The notes: a model not told the origin generated them from the letters alone. A stretch of DNA of 64,000 nucleotides from Bacilli bacterium (GCA_017959905.1 JAGCZS010000005.1:22676-86675), one strand, 5' to 3'; positions 38,739 to 47,637 are shown, numbered from the stretch's first letter. Made by a program: numbers and translations.

Positions 38739-39380
38739 TTATTTAATCCTATTTTCTAACGATTTCATTGATTTTTCAGTAATAAATAGATACTTAAACT
38801 TCAAAATGTCAAAAACATTAATGTTGCTAACGTCTATCATTTTCAAATTTGAAATATTTTTTGAAATTAAAAACAATTTCTCATTATATTTGCCCATGAC
38901 AAATAAAACAGAATCTTTTTTTTTAATATTAAAATTTTTTAAAATTTTCACTACTTCTTTTGTTTTTTTGTTATTACCACTTTGCATTTCTGATTCTTTA
39001 ATAATTCTTACATATTCGCTATTAATTTTGCCAATTATAGCCGATTTCAGCGCTAATAAATATTCTTTTTTATTCTGCTTTAATTTAAAGTTTTGATTGC
39101 CTCTTGGGCCAAAAATAATTCCACCGCCTCTCCAAATCGGTGATCGTATAGAGCCGGCTCTAGCACGACCAGTTCCTTTTTGTCTCCATGGCTTCTTTCC
39201 ACCACCTCTAACTTCACTTCTGTTTTTAGTTTTTGCTGTTGCTTGTCTCTTGTTAGCGTTATAAACATTAACAGCTCTATATACAGCGTGTTCGTTAATA
39301 TCTTTCACATTTAAAAAGCTTTCTTTAACATCTATACTTTCAATTTTTTGACCAGAAATACTAAAGACATCAAATGGCAT
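38739..39380 (-). CDS. rplD: 50S ribosomal protein L4
   Basis: RSEVRGGGKKPWRQKGTGRARAGSIRSPIWRGGG. Confidence 0.96.
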   Translation of the reverse strand: MPFDVFSISGQKIESIDVKESFLNVKDINEHAVYRAVNVYNANKRQATAKTKNRSEVRGGGKKPWRQKGTGRARAGSIRSPIWRGGGIIFGPRGNQNFKLKQNKKEYLLALKSAIIGKINSEYVRIIKESEMQSGNNKKTKEVVKILKNFNIKKKDSVLFVMGKYNEKLFLISKNISNLKMIDVSNINVFDILKFKYLFITEKSMKSLENRIK

Positions 39381-39382
39381 GT

Positions 39383-40099
39383 TTAATTCCTCTTCTCGAC
39401 GCTGTGGCTAAAATTAACTAATTTTTTAACGTTTTTATGGCCGTTAATATCCGATTTTTTAATAGCGCTTCTAATTTTTAATATAGTAAACATATTTCCC
39501 GGCAAAGAACCGCGGATTAAAATAAAATTATCATTTGAATTTGATTCTAAAATTAACTCATTTAATAACGTTACTTGATGAGAACCGCTTCGACCAGCCA
39601 TTTTTTTTCCAGGAATAACTCTATTATTGCAACGACCATTATTCGCAAAACTTCCTAATCCTCTATGATATCCTGATCCATGCGTCTTACGGCCTAGTTT
39701 ATAATGATGTCGCTTTACTGCGCCAGTAAAACCTTTTCCTTTAGATATACTAATAACATCGACAATATCTCCGGCTTTAAAAATTGAAGCATTTATTACT
39801 GATTTAACTGATAAATTCATACCATCCAATTCATTGCCAGAAATTTCTCGATAAAACTCAGGAACATAAGTTTTATTTTCGATGCTAAAATTTACTTTAT
39901 TTGCTATACCAGTTTCACATTTATTTGGTTTTTTATTTTGTCCATATCCAATAACATAAGCCGAATAACCATCTTTTTCTTTAGTTTTAATTTGCATAAC
40001 AATGTTCGGCAAAACCTCAACAACTGTAGCCGGATGTTCAAAGCCATCTTCGTCAAAAACTTTTATTAAACCTATTTTTCTACCAATTATTTGTTTCAT
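39383..40099 (-). CDS. rplC: 50S ribosomal protein L3
   Basis: MKQIIGRKIGLIKVFDEDG..., SKGKGFTGAVKRHHY, PGKKMAGRSG. Confidence 0.96.
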   Translation of the reverse strand: MKQIIGRKIGLIKVFDEDGFEHPATVVEVLPNIVMQIKTKEKDGYSAYVIGYGQNKKPNKCETGIANKVNFSIENKTYVPEFYREISGNELDGMNLSVKSVINASIFKAGDIVDVISISKGKGFTGAVKRHHYKLGRKTHGSGYHRGLGSFANNGRCNNRVIPGKKMAGRSGSHQVTLLNELILESNSNDNFILIRGSLPGNMFTILKIRSAIKKSDINGHKNVKKLVNFSHSVEKRN

Positions 40100-40119
40100 A
40101 TTTTCACTTTTTTAATATT

Positions 40120-40512
40120 TCAAGTTTTTATTTGTATATCTACTCCGCTAGGCAAAGAAATATTACGCAATGAATTTATTGTGTCTTCTTTAATATCGTA
40201 AATTGTAATTAATCTTCGATGTTTTCGATATTCAAATTGTTCTCTATCGTCTTTATATTTAAAAGGAGCTCGCAAAATTGTATAAACCTTTTTTTTAGTG
40301 CGAAATGGAACAACTGTATATTTTACATTTGTTGATTGAATAATTTTTGAAATATTACCAGTTACTAGATCAAGTAATTTGTGATCGTAAGAATGCAACA
40401 TAATACTCATTTTATTTTGTTTTTTTTGAACACTGCTTTTTTTGCTCTGAGGAGCACCTTTTTTTACAGTTGTTTTTTTGTTTTTCTTTACTTTTTTTAC
40501 TGTTTTTGCCAT
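40120..40512 (-). CDS. rpsJ: 30S ribosomal protein S10 (with a Lys-rich N-terminal extension of about 34 aa if the first ATG is used)
   Basis: The core MSIMLHSYDHKLLD...LRAPFKYKDDREQFEYRKHRRLITIYD...LPSGVDIQIK is S10. The alternative start is the ATG at 40410. Neither start has a clear SD. Confidence 0.9.
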   Translation of the reverse strand: MAKTVKKVKKNKKTTVKKGAPQSKKSSVQKKQNKMSIMLHSYDHKLLDLVTGNISKIIQSTNVKYTVVPFRTKKKVYTILRAPFKYKDDREQFEYRKHRRLITIYDIKEDTINSLRNISLPSGVDIQIKT

Positions 40513-40727
40513 ATTTTTACTATTTTTAGTTATTAAAATTCATTTACTTTTAGCGTAACGTCTTTTTGAATTATTTTATCCATAATTTTATATGTTTAAA
40601 ATATTTTAAATCAAATTGTGAATATTGCGCTAACACATTTAGTTATTGTTAATTATTAAAATTTGGTAACCAACAAAATAACAAAATATTTTATTCTAAA
40701 TGTCAAATATGAATTTAGTAAGTTTAT

Positions 40728-40757
40728 ATTTTAGCATAATTTTAATGCATAATGCAA
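40728..40757 (-). promoter_or_regulatory. Candidate S10-operon promoter (TTGCAT-N18-TGCTAAAAT on the minus strand)
   Basis: The reverse complement of 40728..40757 reads TTGCATtatgcattaaaattaTGCTAAAAT. It would leave a leader of roughly 200 nt before rpsJ. Motif only, and such matches are common in AT-rich DNA. Confidence 0.25.
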
Positions 40758-40801
40758 CGAAAGAAATAAGATTGTTATAAATTTGTATAAATATTTTCTA
40801 C

Positions 40802-41353
40802 TTATATAATTTTTTCAATATCTGCAAAATCAACATTAGCAGGAATTAAATTACCAAAAAAAATTGTTTCAATTTTACAAACACCTGTATTTGTATCTAT
40901 GGAAATAATTCTGCCACTACTACCTTTTAATGGGCCACTAATGACTTTAACCAAATCGCCTGTTTTATAATTCGAATACATACTACTACGTATTTCGCCC
41001 ATTCTTTTAAAAACTGATTCCATTTCCGCTTGTGACACTGGCTGTGGATTAGATTTATTTTTTGAGCCGCCAATGCCAATAACGCCGTTTATATACCTTA
41101 TTATGCTTAAAATTTCGTTATTAATAGCCATTTTTGCAAAAATATAACCAGGATACAGTATTTTTGTTGATGTTTTTCCAGTAGGCAAACCTGTTTTTTT
41201 ACTAATTCTTTTAATTTCTTGTGTTGGGATGATTATTTCTGCTAAAAATTCGCTTAAACCGTTATTTTTTATAACTTGCTGTATATTTTTCAACACATTA
41301 TACTCGCTATTTGGAAAAGTGTTTATAATATACCAATTAAATTTTTTTTCCAT
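40802..41353 (-). CDS. nusG: Transcription termination/antitermination factor NusG
   Basis: NGN domain (KKFNWYIINTFPNSEYNV...), an inserted region, and a C-terminal KOW (GDLVKVISGPLKGSSGRIISID). Confidence 0.9.
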   Translation of the reverse strand: MEKKFNWYIINTFPNSEYNVLKNIQQVIKNNGLSEFLAEIIIPTQEIKRISKKTGLPTGKTSTKILYPGYIFAKMAINNEILSIIRYINGVIGIGGSKNKSNPQPVSQAEMESVFKRMGEIRSSMYSNYKTGDLVKVISGPLKGSSGRIISIDTNTGVCKIETIFFGNLIPANVDFADIEKII

Positions 41354-41364
41354 ATATCCTCATT

Positions 41365-41547
41365 TTAACCAAAAAAAATCTTTAAAATTTTAAAAATTAA
41401 ACTAGCTAATACATTATCAACATAAATGATAAAAGCGCTGATAACGGAAATTGTAATAACAACCGTTACCATATCTAACAAATCTCTTTTTTTAATCCAT
41501 CTAATTCTTTTAATTTCTCTAATAATTTTCAAGACATATTTATTCAT
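41365..41547 (-). CDS. secE: Preprotein translocase subunit SecE
   Basis: 60 aa. ...EIKRIRWIKKRDLLDMVTVVITISVISAFIIYVDNVL (KVxWPxxxE-like segment plus a single TM), immediately upstream of nusG. Confidence 0.85.
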   Translation of the reverse strand: MNKYVLKIIREIKRIRWIKKRDLLDMVTVVITISVISAFIIYVDNVLASLIFKILKIFFG

Positions 41548-41669
41548 AATGCACCTTAAATTAACACATCATAATTAATTATATAAATTAACTCAACATA
41601 AGACAAGACAACAAAACAGTAACGAAAACAGCTATTAAAAAAGTATTACTAATTATATACCATAAATTA

Positions 41670-41678
41670 TGTTATAAT
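41670..41678 (+). promoter_or_regulatory. Candidate extended -10 (TGTTATAAT) for the opp operon
   Basis: Exact TGTTATAAT about 190 nt upstream of the oppB ATG, with no convincing -35. Motif only. Confidence 0.35.
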
Positions 41679-41866
41679 ATGAACGTATGTGTCGATTTAA
41701 TTTTAATAAATTAATGTTTTTAACATTCAATTATTGTGCCTATACTAAACAAACTATATCAAACAAAAGATAATTAGAAATATGCCATTTTTAAATTCGC
41801 GTATTCGCGTTATATTTTGCGATTGCAAAAAGAAAGTTGCAAATTTTAAAAATAGTAGAAAATTTT

Positions 41867-42781
41867 ATGGATAAGCAAAAAATATTTTTTTATATTGTAA
41901 AAAGATTGGTTTTATCAATAATTACTATATTTATTATTACAACAATAGTTTTTTTTCTGTCACAAATCATTCCTGGTGGGCCGTTTGAGGGAGTGAAAAA
42001 TTTAACTTACGAACTTAGACAAATAAAAGGGAAAATATACGGCTTAGATAAACCGATTTATGTGCAGTATCTATTATATCTAAAAAATATTTCTATGCTT
42101 GATCTCGGCACTTCAATTTCGCAACAAGGTATTACTGTTACTGAAATAATTTATAACTCTATGAAATATAGCTTATACACTGGAACGGCATCGGCTTTAA
42201 TAGCAATAATATTTGGTATTATAATTGGTTGTTTAGCTGCGTTTTTTAACAAAAAAATATTTGACAAAATAACAATGTTTTTAACAGTTTTAACAATGTC
42301 TTTGCCTCTTTTTTTTATATCTTGCTTATGCAATAAAACATTAAGTGGATTTTTTTCTTCGTCCGGTGTTTCTAGGTTTATCTTGCCAACTATTGTTTTA
42401 TCTATACCTCCATTATGTTCAATAATAAGATTAACCAAATCTTCAGTAATTGATGTACTGAACACAAATTATATAAAAGCGATAAGAGCACGCGGAATAA
42501 GCGAAAAAAATATTCTTTTTAAGCATGCTTTGCCAAATGCTATCGTTCCTGTTATTAGTTACATTGGACCTACGTTTGCTGATATAATAACAGGCAACGT
42601 AATTATCGAACATGCTTTTGGCATACCAGGCGTTGGGCAATCATATATAAATTTTATTTCCCATAGAGATTACCCTGTTGTTATGGGCATGACAATTTTT
42701 TTTACATTTATAATAGTTGGGGCTATTTTAATAAGTGACATTATATGTGCTATTATAAATCCAAATATAGACTTCAATTAA
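41867..42781 (+). CDS. oppB: Oligopeptide/dipeptide ABC transporter permease
   Basis: The track ORF starts at a TTG (41837). I prefer the ATG at 41867 (MDKQKIFFYIVKRLVLSIITIF, the typical OppB N-terminus). BPD-transporter EAA-like region NYIKAIRARGISEKNILFKHALPNA. Confidence 0.88.
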   Translation: MDKQKIFFYIVKRLVLSIITIFIITTIVFFLSQIIPGGPFEGVKNLTYELRQIKGKIYGLDKPIYVQYLLYLKNISMLDLGTSISQQGITVTEIIYNSMKYSLYTGTASALIAIIFGIIIGCLAAFFNKKIFDKITMFLTVLTMSLPLFFISCLCNKTLSGFFSSSGVSRFILPTIVLSIPPLCSIIRLTKSSVIDVLNTNYIKAIRARGISEKNILFKHALPNAIVPVISYIGPTFADIITGNVIIEHAFGIPGVGQSYINFISHRDYPVVMGMTIFFTFIIVGAILISDIICAIINPNIDFN

Positions 42782-42794
42782 TTTAAACAAATTT

Positions 42795-43802
42795 ATGATT
42801 GATAATTTTTTTAAAGAAGCAAAATACAAAAAAAATAAAGAAAATTTTTTGCAAAAACAAAGCATTATAAGTAAAATTTTTGTTTTTTTGTTAAAAAATA
42901 AAAAAATATTTTTTAGTATCATTTTTTTAATATTTTTGTTTTTAATATCTATTTTAATTCCTTTAATTTACCCGTATGATTACTTCACTGAATTGGGGAT
43001 TTTTAAAAATGCATCTGCCGATAACTCTTTTTCTTTGTTGCCGCCATTTAAATTTTCATTATCAGAACAGAAACAAATGCAATCTGGCCAATTTATTTGG
43101 CCGCATATTTTTGGAACAGATAGAAACGGAAGGGATTATTTTATACGTGTTATTTATGCGATAAGAATTAGTTTGTGTGTTGGCTTAATTAGCGCTTTTA
43201 TTGTTTTAATAATTGGTGTTATATATGGTGCTATTGCCGGTATGAAAGGCGGCAAAACAGACTTAATAATGATGCGAATTGTTGATGGTTTATACGCTTT
43301 ACCAGATTTAATAGCAATTATTTTTTTTAGTGCAATAATAAAAGAATTTTTGCATATAAATGATACTTCTGTAGTAATAAGCCTACTTCCTATTTTTGTT
43401 GTTTTTATGTTATTTTACTGGATAGACACCGCCGTGCTAATAAGATCGCAAGTTTTATTATTAAAAAAGCGTGATTTTGTAACCGCATCAAAAACAATGG
43501 GGGCTAGCAATTTTTTTATAATAAAAAAACATATTATTCCTAATTGCACTAATATAATTATTGTTAGTTTAACAAAACGTATTCCGACGGCTATTTTTAC
43601 AGAAACAACTTTAGCATTTTTAGGTTTAGGAATTTCAAAACCAATACCGTCATTGGGTGGTTTAATTAACGAAGAAATAAATGAAATATTAAATTACCCA
43701 TGGCTAGCATTAATACCTGCCATCATAGTTTCGCTAATAGTACTAGCTTTTTATTTTATTGGGGAGGGATTGCGCGCTCGTCTTAATCCTGTATCTAATT
43801 GA
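42795..43802 (+). CDS. oppC: Oligopeptide/dipeptide ABC transporter permease
   Basis: HIFGTDRNGRDYFIRVIYA (OppC N-terminal signature) and DFVTASKTMGASNFFIIKKHIIPN. Confidence 0.88.
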   Translation: MIDNFFKEAKYKKNKENFLQKQSIISKIFVFLLKNKKIFFSIIFLIFLFLISILIPLIYPYDYFTELGIFKNASADNSFSLLPPFKFSLSEQKQMQSGQFIWPHIFGTDRNGRDYFIRVIYAIRISLCVGLISAFIVLIIGVIYGAIAGMKGGKTDLIMMRIVDGLYALPDLIAIIFFSAIIKEFLHINDTSVVISLLPIFVVFMLFYWIDTAVLIRSQVLLLKKRDFVTASKTMGASNFFIIKKHIIPNCTNIIIVSLTKRIPTAIFTETTLAFLGLGISKPIPSLGGLINEEINEILNYPWLALIPAIIVSLIVLAFYFIGEGLRARLNPVSN

Positions 43803-43805
43803 TTT

Positions 43806-44960
43806 ATGAACAAAAATAACATTTTATTAGAAGTTAAAAATTTAACGGCTTCTTTCGAAATACCAGATAAAAAAACAATAATTCCAGTAAATAACATTTC
43901 TTTTACTATTAGTAAAAATGAAACAGTCGGATTCGTTGGGGAATCTGGCTCTGGCAAAAGTTCTTTAGCATATTGTATAACGCAATTGTTAGCAAAAAAC
44001 GCAAAAATAATCGGCGGATCAATTAAATTTGATAACCAAGAATTAATTAATTTAAAACTTAGTGAATTGCAAAAAATTAGAGGGGCAAAAATTGCTATTA
44101 TTCCACAAAATCCTATGTCATCTTTTGACCCTATTTACACAATTGAAAAACAAATGAACGAAATGTTTATGAATCACTTAAAAACAAAAATAGATTCAAA
44201 AAAAAGTGAATTATTTCAGAAAATAAAAGAATTAGAAAAAACAAAAGAAATTAAATCATTAGACGAACAAAAAAAAATATCATTAGAAATATTAGCGTTA
44301 AAAAAAGAAGCCAAAAACTACACTTATAATCAATCTATTCAGTTATTAAAATTAGTGGGTATTAATGACGCAGAAAAACGAATAAAACAATATCCATCAG
44401 AACTATCTGGCGGCATGTTACAAAGAGTTATGATCGCTATGAATTTAATTTGTGAGCCGTCGCTTTTAATAGCCGACGAACCTACAACAGCTTTAGATGT
44501 TACAGTTCAAATGCAAATTATTACATTATTAAAAACACTTCAATCAAAAATGCATATGGGGATTATGATAATAACACACGATTTAGGGATAATAGCAAAT
44601 ATGTGCGATACCGTACATGTTATGTATGCTGGGTCAATCGTTGAAAGTGGTTCAACAGAAGATATATTTCAAAATCCAAAACACGAATATACTAAAAAAT
44701 TAATGTTATCAACACCAAAGTTTGATACAGAAAAATTAGAATCTATATCCGGTTATCCACCTGCGTTATCACAATTAAATATCGGGTGCGCTTTTGCCGA
44801 AAGATGTGAAAAATGTATGGAAATTTGTTTAAAACAAACTCCTTTTATTTTTCAAATAGAAAATAATCACTACTCCACCTGCTTTAAATATTTATATGAA
44901 AAATACAAAAATAACCATGATGAATTAAAAAAAATTTTAAATTTAAATGGAATAAAATAG
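43806..44960 (+). CDS. oppD: Oligopeptide ABC transporter ATP-binding protein (with a charged internal insertion of about 45 aa)
   Basis: Walker A GESGSGKS, signature LSGGMLQRV, Walker B LLIADEPTTALD, and a C-terminal oligopeptide-type domain with Cys residues. A K/E-rich insert (KIDSKKSELFQKIKELEKTKEIKSLDEQKKISLEILALKKEAK) sits between the Q-loop and the signature. Confidence 0.9.
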   Translation: MNKNNILLEVKNLTASFEIPDKKTIIPVNNISFTISKNETVGFVGESGSGKSSLAYCITQLLAKNAKIIGGSIKFDNQELINLKLSELQKIRGAKIAIIPQNPMSSFDPIYTIEKQMNEMFMNHLKTKIDSKKSELFQKIKELEKTKEIKSLDEQKKISLEILALKKEAKNYTYNQSIQLLKLVGINDAEKRIKQYPSELSGGMLQRVMIAMNLICEPSLLIADEPTTALDVTVQMQIITLLKTLQSKMHMGIMIITHDLGIIANMCDTVHVMYAGSIVESGSTEDIFQNPKHEYTKKLMLSTPKFDTEKLESISGYPPALSQLNIGCAFAERCEKCMEICLKQTPFIFQIENNHYSTCFKYLYEKYKNNHDELKKILNLNGIK

Positions 44961-44965
44961 AAATT

Positions 44966-45937
44966 ATGCAAGATAAAGAAATAATTTGCGAAATTAAAAA
45001 TTTGAAAATTTTTTTTAAAATTAGCGATGGATTTTTTAAAAAAAGAATTTTAAAAGCTGTTGATGATGTCAGTTTAAAAATCAATAAAAACGAAATTCTA
45101 TGTATCGTTGGAGAATCTGGCTGCGGCAAAACAACATTAGGAAAAGCGATTTTAAATATATACCAACCAACATCCGGCGAAATTATATTTAACGGCAAAA
45201 ATATAGCCAAATTAAATAGTAGCGAACAAAAAGAATTCAAAAGTAAAGTACAAATGATTTTTCAAGATTCTTTTTCTAGTTTAGATCCTTTTATGAATGT
45301 TAAAAACGCTATAGCAGAACCATTTAATATTCATAAAAAATATACAAAGAAAAGTATAGAAGCAAAAATTTTAGAATTACTTAAAAATGTTGGTCTTTCC
45401 GAGGAACTACTATGTAAGTATCCGTCGGAATTATCAGGCGGACAAGCTCAACGAGTAAATATTGCTCGCAGTTTAGCGTTAAATCCAGAATTAATAGTAT
45501 GTGACGAACCAACTAGTGCGCTTGATGTTTCTATTCAAGCACAAATTATAAATACCTTTATCGATATCAAAAAAAAACTAAATTTAACATATATTTTTAT
45601 AACTCATAATCTTCTTTTAGTAAAATATATTGCCGATAGAACAGTCGTTATGTATCTAGGCAAAATCGTAGAAATAGCTACATCTGAAAAATTATTTAAA
45701 AATCCTTTACACCCATACACAAAATTGTTAATTGATTCTATTCTGGCTCCGGAAATTAAAAATAAAAAAGATTTCAAAAACATTTCCATAAACGATAATT
45801 TTCCTAGTCCGTTTGATAATATAACAGGTTGCCCTTTCAAAAGCAGATGTCCTAAAGCCAAAAAAGAATGTGGGGAAAATTTACCTAAACTAAAAGAAGT
45901 TGAAAAAGATCATTTTGTCGCTTGTATTCTTATATAA
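44966..45937 (+). CDS. oppF: Oligopeptide ABC transporter ATP-binding protein
   Basis: Walker A GESGCGKT, LSGGQAQRV, LIVCDEPTSALD, C-terminal GCPFKSRCPKAKKEC. Confidence 0.92.
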   Translation: MQDKEIICEIKNLKIFFKISDGFFKKRILKAVDDVSLKINKNEILCIVGESGCGKTTLGKAILNIYQPTSGEIIFNGKNIAKLNSSEQKEFKSKVQMIFQDSFSSLDPFMNVKNAIAEPFNIHKKYTKKSIEAKILELLKNVGLSEELLCKYPSELSGGQAQRVNIARSLALNPELIVCDEPTSALDVSIQAQIINTFIDIKKKLNLTYIFITHNLLLVKYIADRTVVMYLGKIVEIATSEKLFKNPLHPYTKLLIDSILAPEIKNKKDFKNISINDNFPSPFDNITGCPFKSRCPKAKKECGENLPKLKEVEKDHFVACILI

Positions 45938-45980
45938 TTGGAATTTTACTTAATTTTATTATCGTCAGATTTCTTTAAAC

Positions 45981-45989
45981 TGTTATAAT
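45981..45989 (+). promoter_or_regulatory. Candidate extended -10 (TGTTATAAT) for nrdG
   Basis: Exact TGTTATAAT 30 nt upstream of the nrdG ATG (46019). Motif only. Confidence 0.4.
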
Positions 45990-46018
45990 GTTTTTAATAT
46001 TACAAAAAAATATTAAGC

Positions 46019-46711
46019 ATGTGTTTTGTTGGTCTAGAAAAAGCTTCATTAGTGGATTATGATGGTTATGTTTCTGCTGTTTTATTTACTCAACAATGTA
46101 ATTTAAGATGTTTATTTTGCCAAAACACAAAATTAATTTTTGGCAAAAATGACATAATTCCATGGGAAGAAATAAAAAGTTTTTTAACCAAAAACAAAAA
46201 CAACATTGATGCCGTTGTCATAACCGGTGGGGAACCGCTGATTCATAAAAATATAATAAAAAAGCTTGAAGAAATTAAAAAATTAGGGTTCTTAGTTAAA
46301 TTAGATACAAACGGAACTAATCCGGTAATGTTAGAAAATATTCTAAAAAACAAATTAGTTGATTATGTTGCTATCGATATAAAAAATGATTTTGATAACT
46401 ATAACTACATTGTTGGAGCAAAACAAAATAATAACGAAATAGTTAACAATATAAAAGAATCTATTCGATGTGTAAAAACAAATAATATACCATTTGAATT
46501 TCGAACGACAATTATAAAGCAATTCCATAATTTAAGCACATTACTAAAAATTGCTAAAACTATTTCTCCATGCCCAAAATACGTTCTTCAACGTTATCAA
46601 TTCCAAAAAGATTGTTTATTCTATTTTCAAGCAATCGAAAAAGAAGAAGCTGAAAAACTATTAAAAGATATAAAAAAAATTATTCCAAATACTTTTTTAC
46701 GCGGTTACTAG
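46019..46711 (+). CDS. nrdG: Anaerobic ribonucleoside-triphosphate reductase activating protein (radical SAM)
   Basis: LVDYDGYVSAVLFTQQCNLRCLFCQN (CxxxCxxC) and VVITGGEPL. Its TAG stop overlaps the trxB stop in the palindrome CTAG (46708-46711). Confidence 0.88.
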   Translation: MCFVGLEKASLVDYDGYVSAVLFTQQCNLRCLFCQNTKLIFGKNDIIPWEEIKSFLTKNKNNIDAVVITGGEPLIHKNIIKKLEEIKKLGFLVKLDTNGTNPVMLENILKNKLVDYVAIDIKNDFDNYNYIVGAKQNNNEIVNNIKESIRCVKTNNIPFEFRTTIIKQFHNLSTLLKIAKTISPCPKYVLQRYQFQKDCLFYFQAIEKEEAEKLLKDIKKIIPNTFLRGY

Positions 46712-47634
46712 CCTAAATTTTCCAAATATTTGTTGGCAAAAAAAGCGGCTATGCTTCCGTCGCTAACAGCTGTCGATACTTGCCGAACTTGCTTATTTAT
46801 ACAATCCCCGACAGCAAACACTCCTTGTGTTTTTGTCTGCATAGTTTTATCGACATCTATAAATCCATTTTCTAACGAAACTAAATTTTCAAAAATTTCA
46901 TTCTTTGGCGCTTGCCCGATAGCTATAAATAACCCTTGCGCATTAATTGTCTCTTGTTTTTTGTTCAATAAATTTACAAAATCTATCTTTTTTAAAAATT
47001 TAGTTTCAGCGTCGCTAAAAACTTCTTTTATTAAAAAATAATTTTTTAAAAAAATATTACTCTTATTTTTTATTCTATTGACTAAAATATCATCTGCAAA
47101 CAATTTATCAGTTAACGTACATAAAAAAACATTTTTGCAATAACTAGATAAAAATAAAGCATATTGCAAAGCCGTATTACCATCGCCTATAACACAAACA
47201 TCTTTATTTTTAAAAAAAATTCCATCACATATAGCACAATAACTAATACCATGACCCACTAATTGTTTTTCGTTATCTATATCGATTTTTTTAGCTTTGA
47301 CTCCAACGGCGATAATAATAGCTTTTCCAAAATATTTTGCAGCATTTGTAGTAACTAAAAATTTTTTTTCTTCCTTTTTTACAGATAAAACATTTTCAAA
47401 TTTAAAACAAATATTTAAAGATAATAATTGAGAAAAAAAATTATTTGAAAAATCCATTCCGCTAATACTTTTTAAAGATGGCAAATTTTCTACATTAGGT
47501 GCGCTAGCTATTTGCCCACCAATATTTTCTTTTTCTAAAAGCAAAACTTTTTTTCCATAGCGCAACATATTTAAAGATGCGCTCATCCCGGCAGGTCCTG
47601 CCCCAATTACGACAACATCAAAAATATCGTCCAC
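46708..47634 (-). CDS. trxB: Thioredoxin-disulfide reductase
   Basis: FAD fold DVVVIGAGPAG, redox-active CAICDG, NADPH fold VCVIGDGNTA, C-terminal GVFAVGDC. It starts 3 nt after the nrdD stop on the same strand. Confidence 0.9.
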   Translation of the reverse strand: MDDIFDVVVIGAGPAGMSASLNMLRYGKKVLLLEKENIGGQIASAPNVENLPSLKSISGMDFSNNFFSQLLSLNICFKFENVLSVKKEEKKFLVTTNAAKYFGKAIIIAVGVKAKKIDIDNEKQLVGHGISYCAICDGIFFKNKDVCVIGDGNTALQYALFLSSYCKNVFLCTLTDKLFADDILVNRIKNKSNIFLKNYFLIKEVFSDAETKFLKKIDFVNLLNKKQETINAQGLFIAIGQAPKNEIFENLVSLENGFIDVDKTMQTKTQGVFAVGDCINKQVRQVSTAVSDGSIAAFFANKYLENLG

Positions 47635-47637
47635 TTT

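Noticed and set aside
40513-40801. Small upstream ORFs in the S10 leader (for example MDKIIQKDVTLKVNEF) as a leader peptide, or a missing rpmG/L33
   Set aside because: There is no SD, no conservation evidence, and none of the Cys pattern expected for L33. Such ORFs are indistinguishable from chance in AT-rich sequence.
41840-41866. CodY box (AATTTTCWGAAAATT) in front of oppB (aaattttaaaaatagtagaaaatttt)
   Set aside because: The best alignment matches only about 9 of 15 positions, and A/T-only motifs like this arise by chance throughout this sequence.
41837-41866. TTG start of the oppB track ORF (MQILKIVENF...), and likewise the TTG start of ppdK at 59623
   Set aside because: In both cases an ATG a few codons downstream begins the conserved N-terminus. 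For ppdK that ATG is preceded by a GGAGG SD at ideal spacing, and the TTG would lie inside or before the SD.
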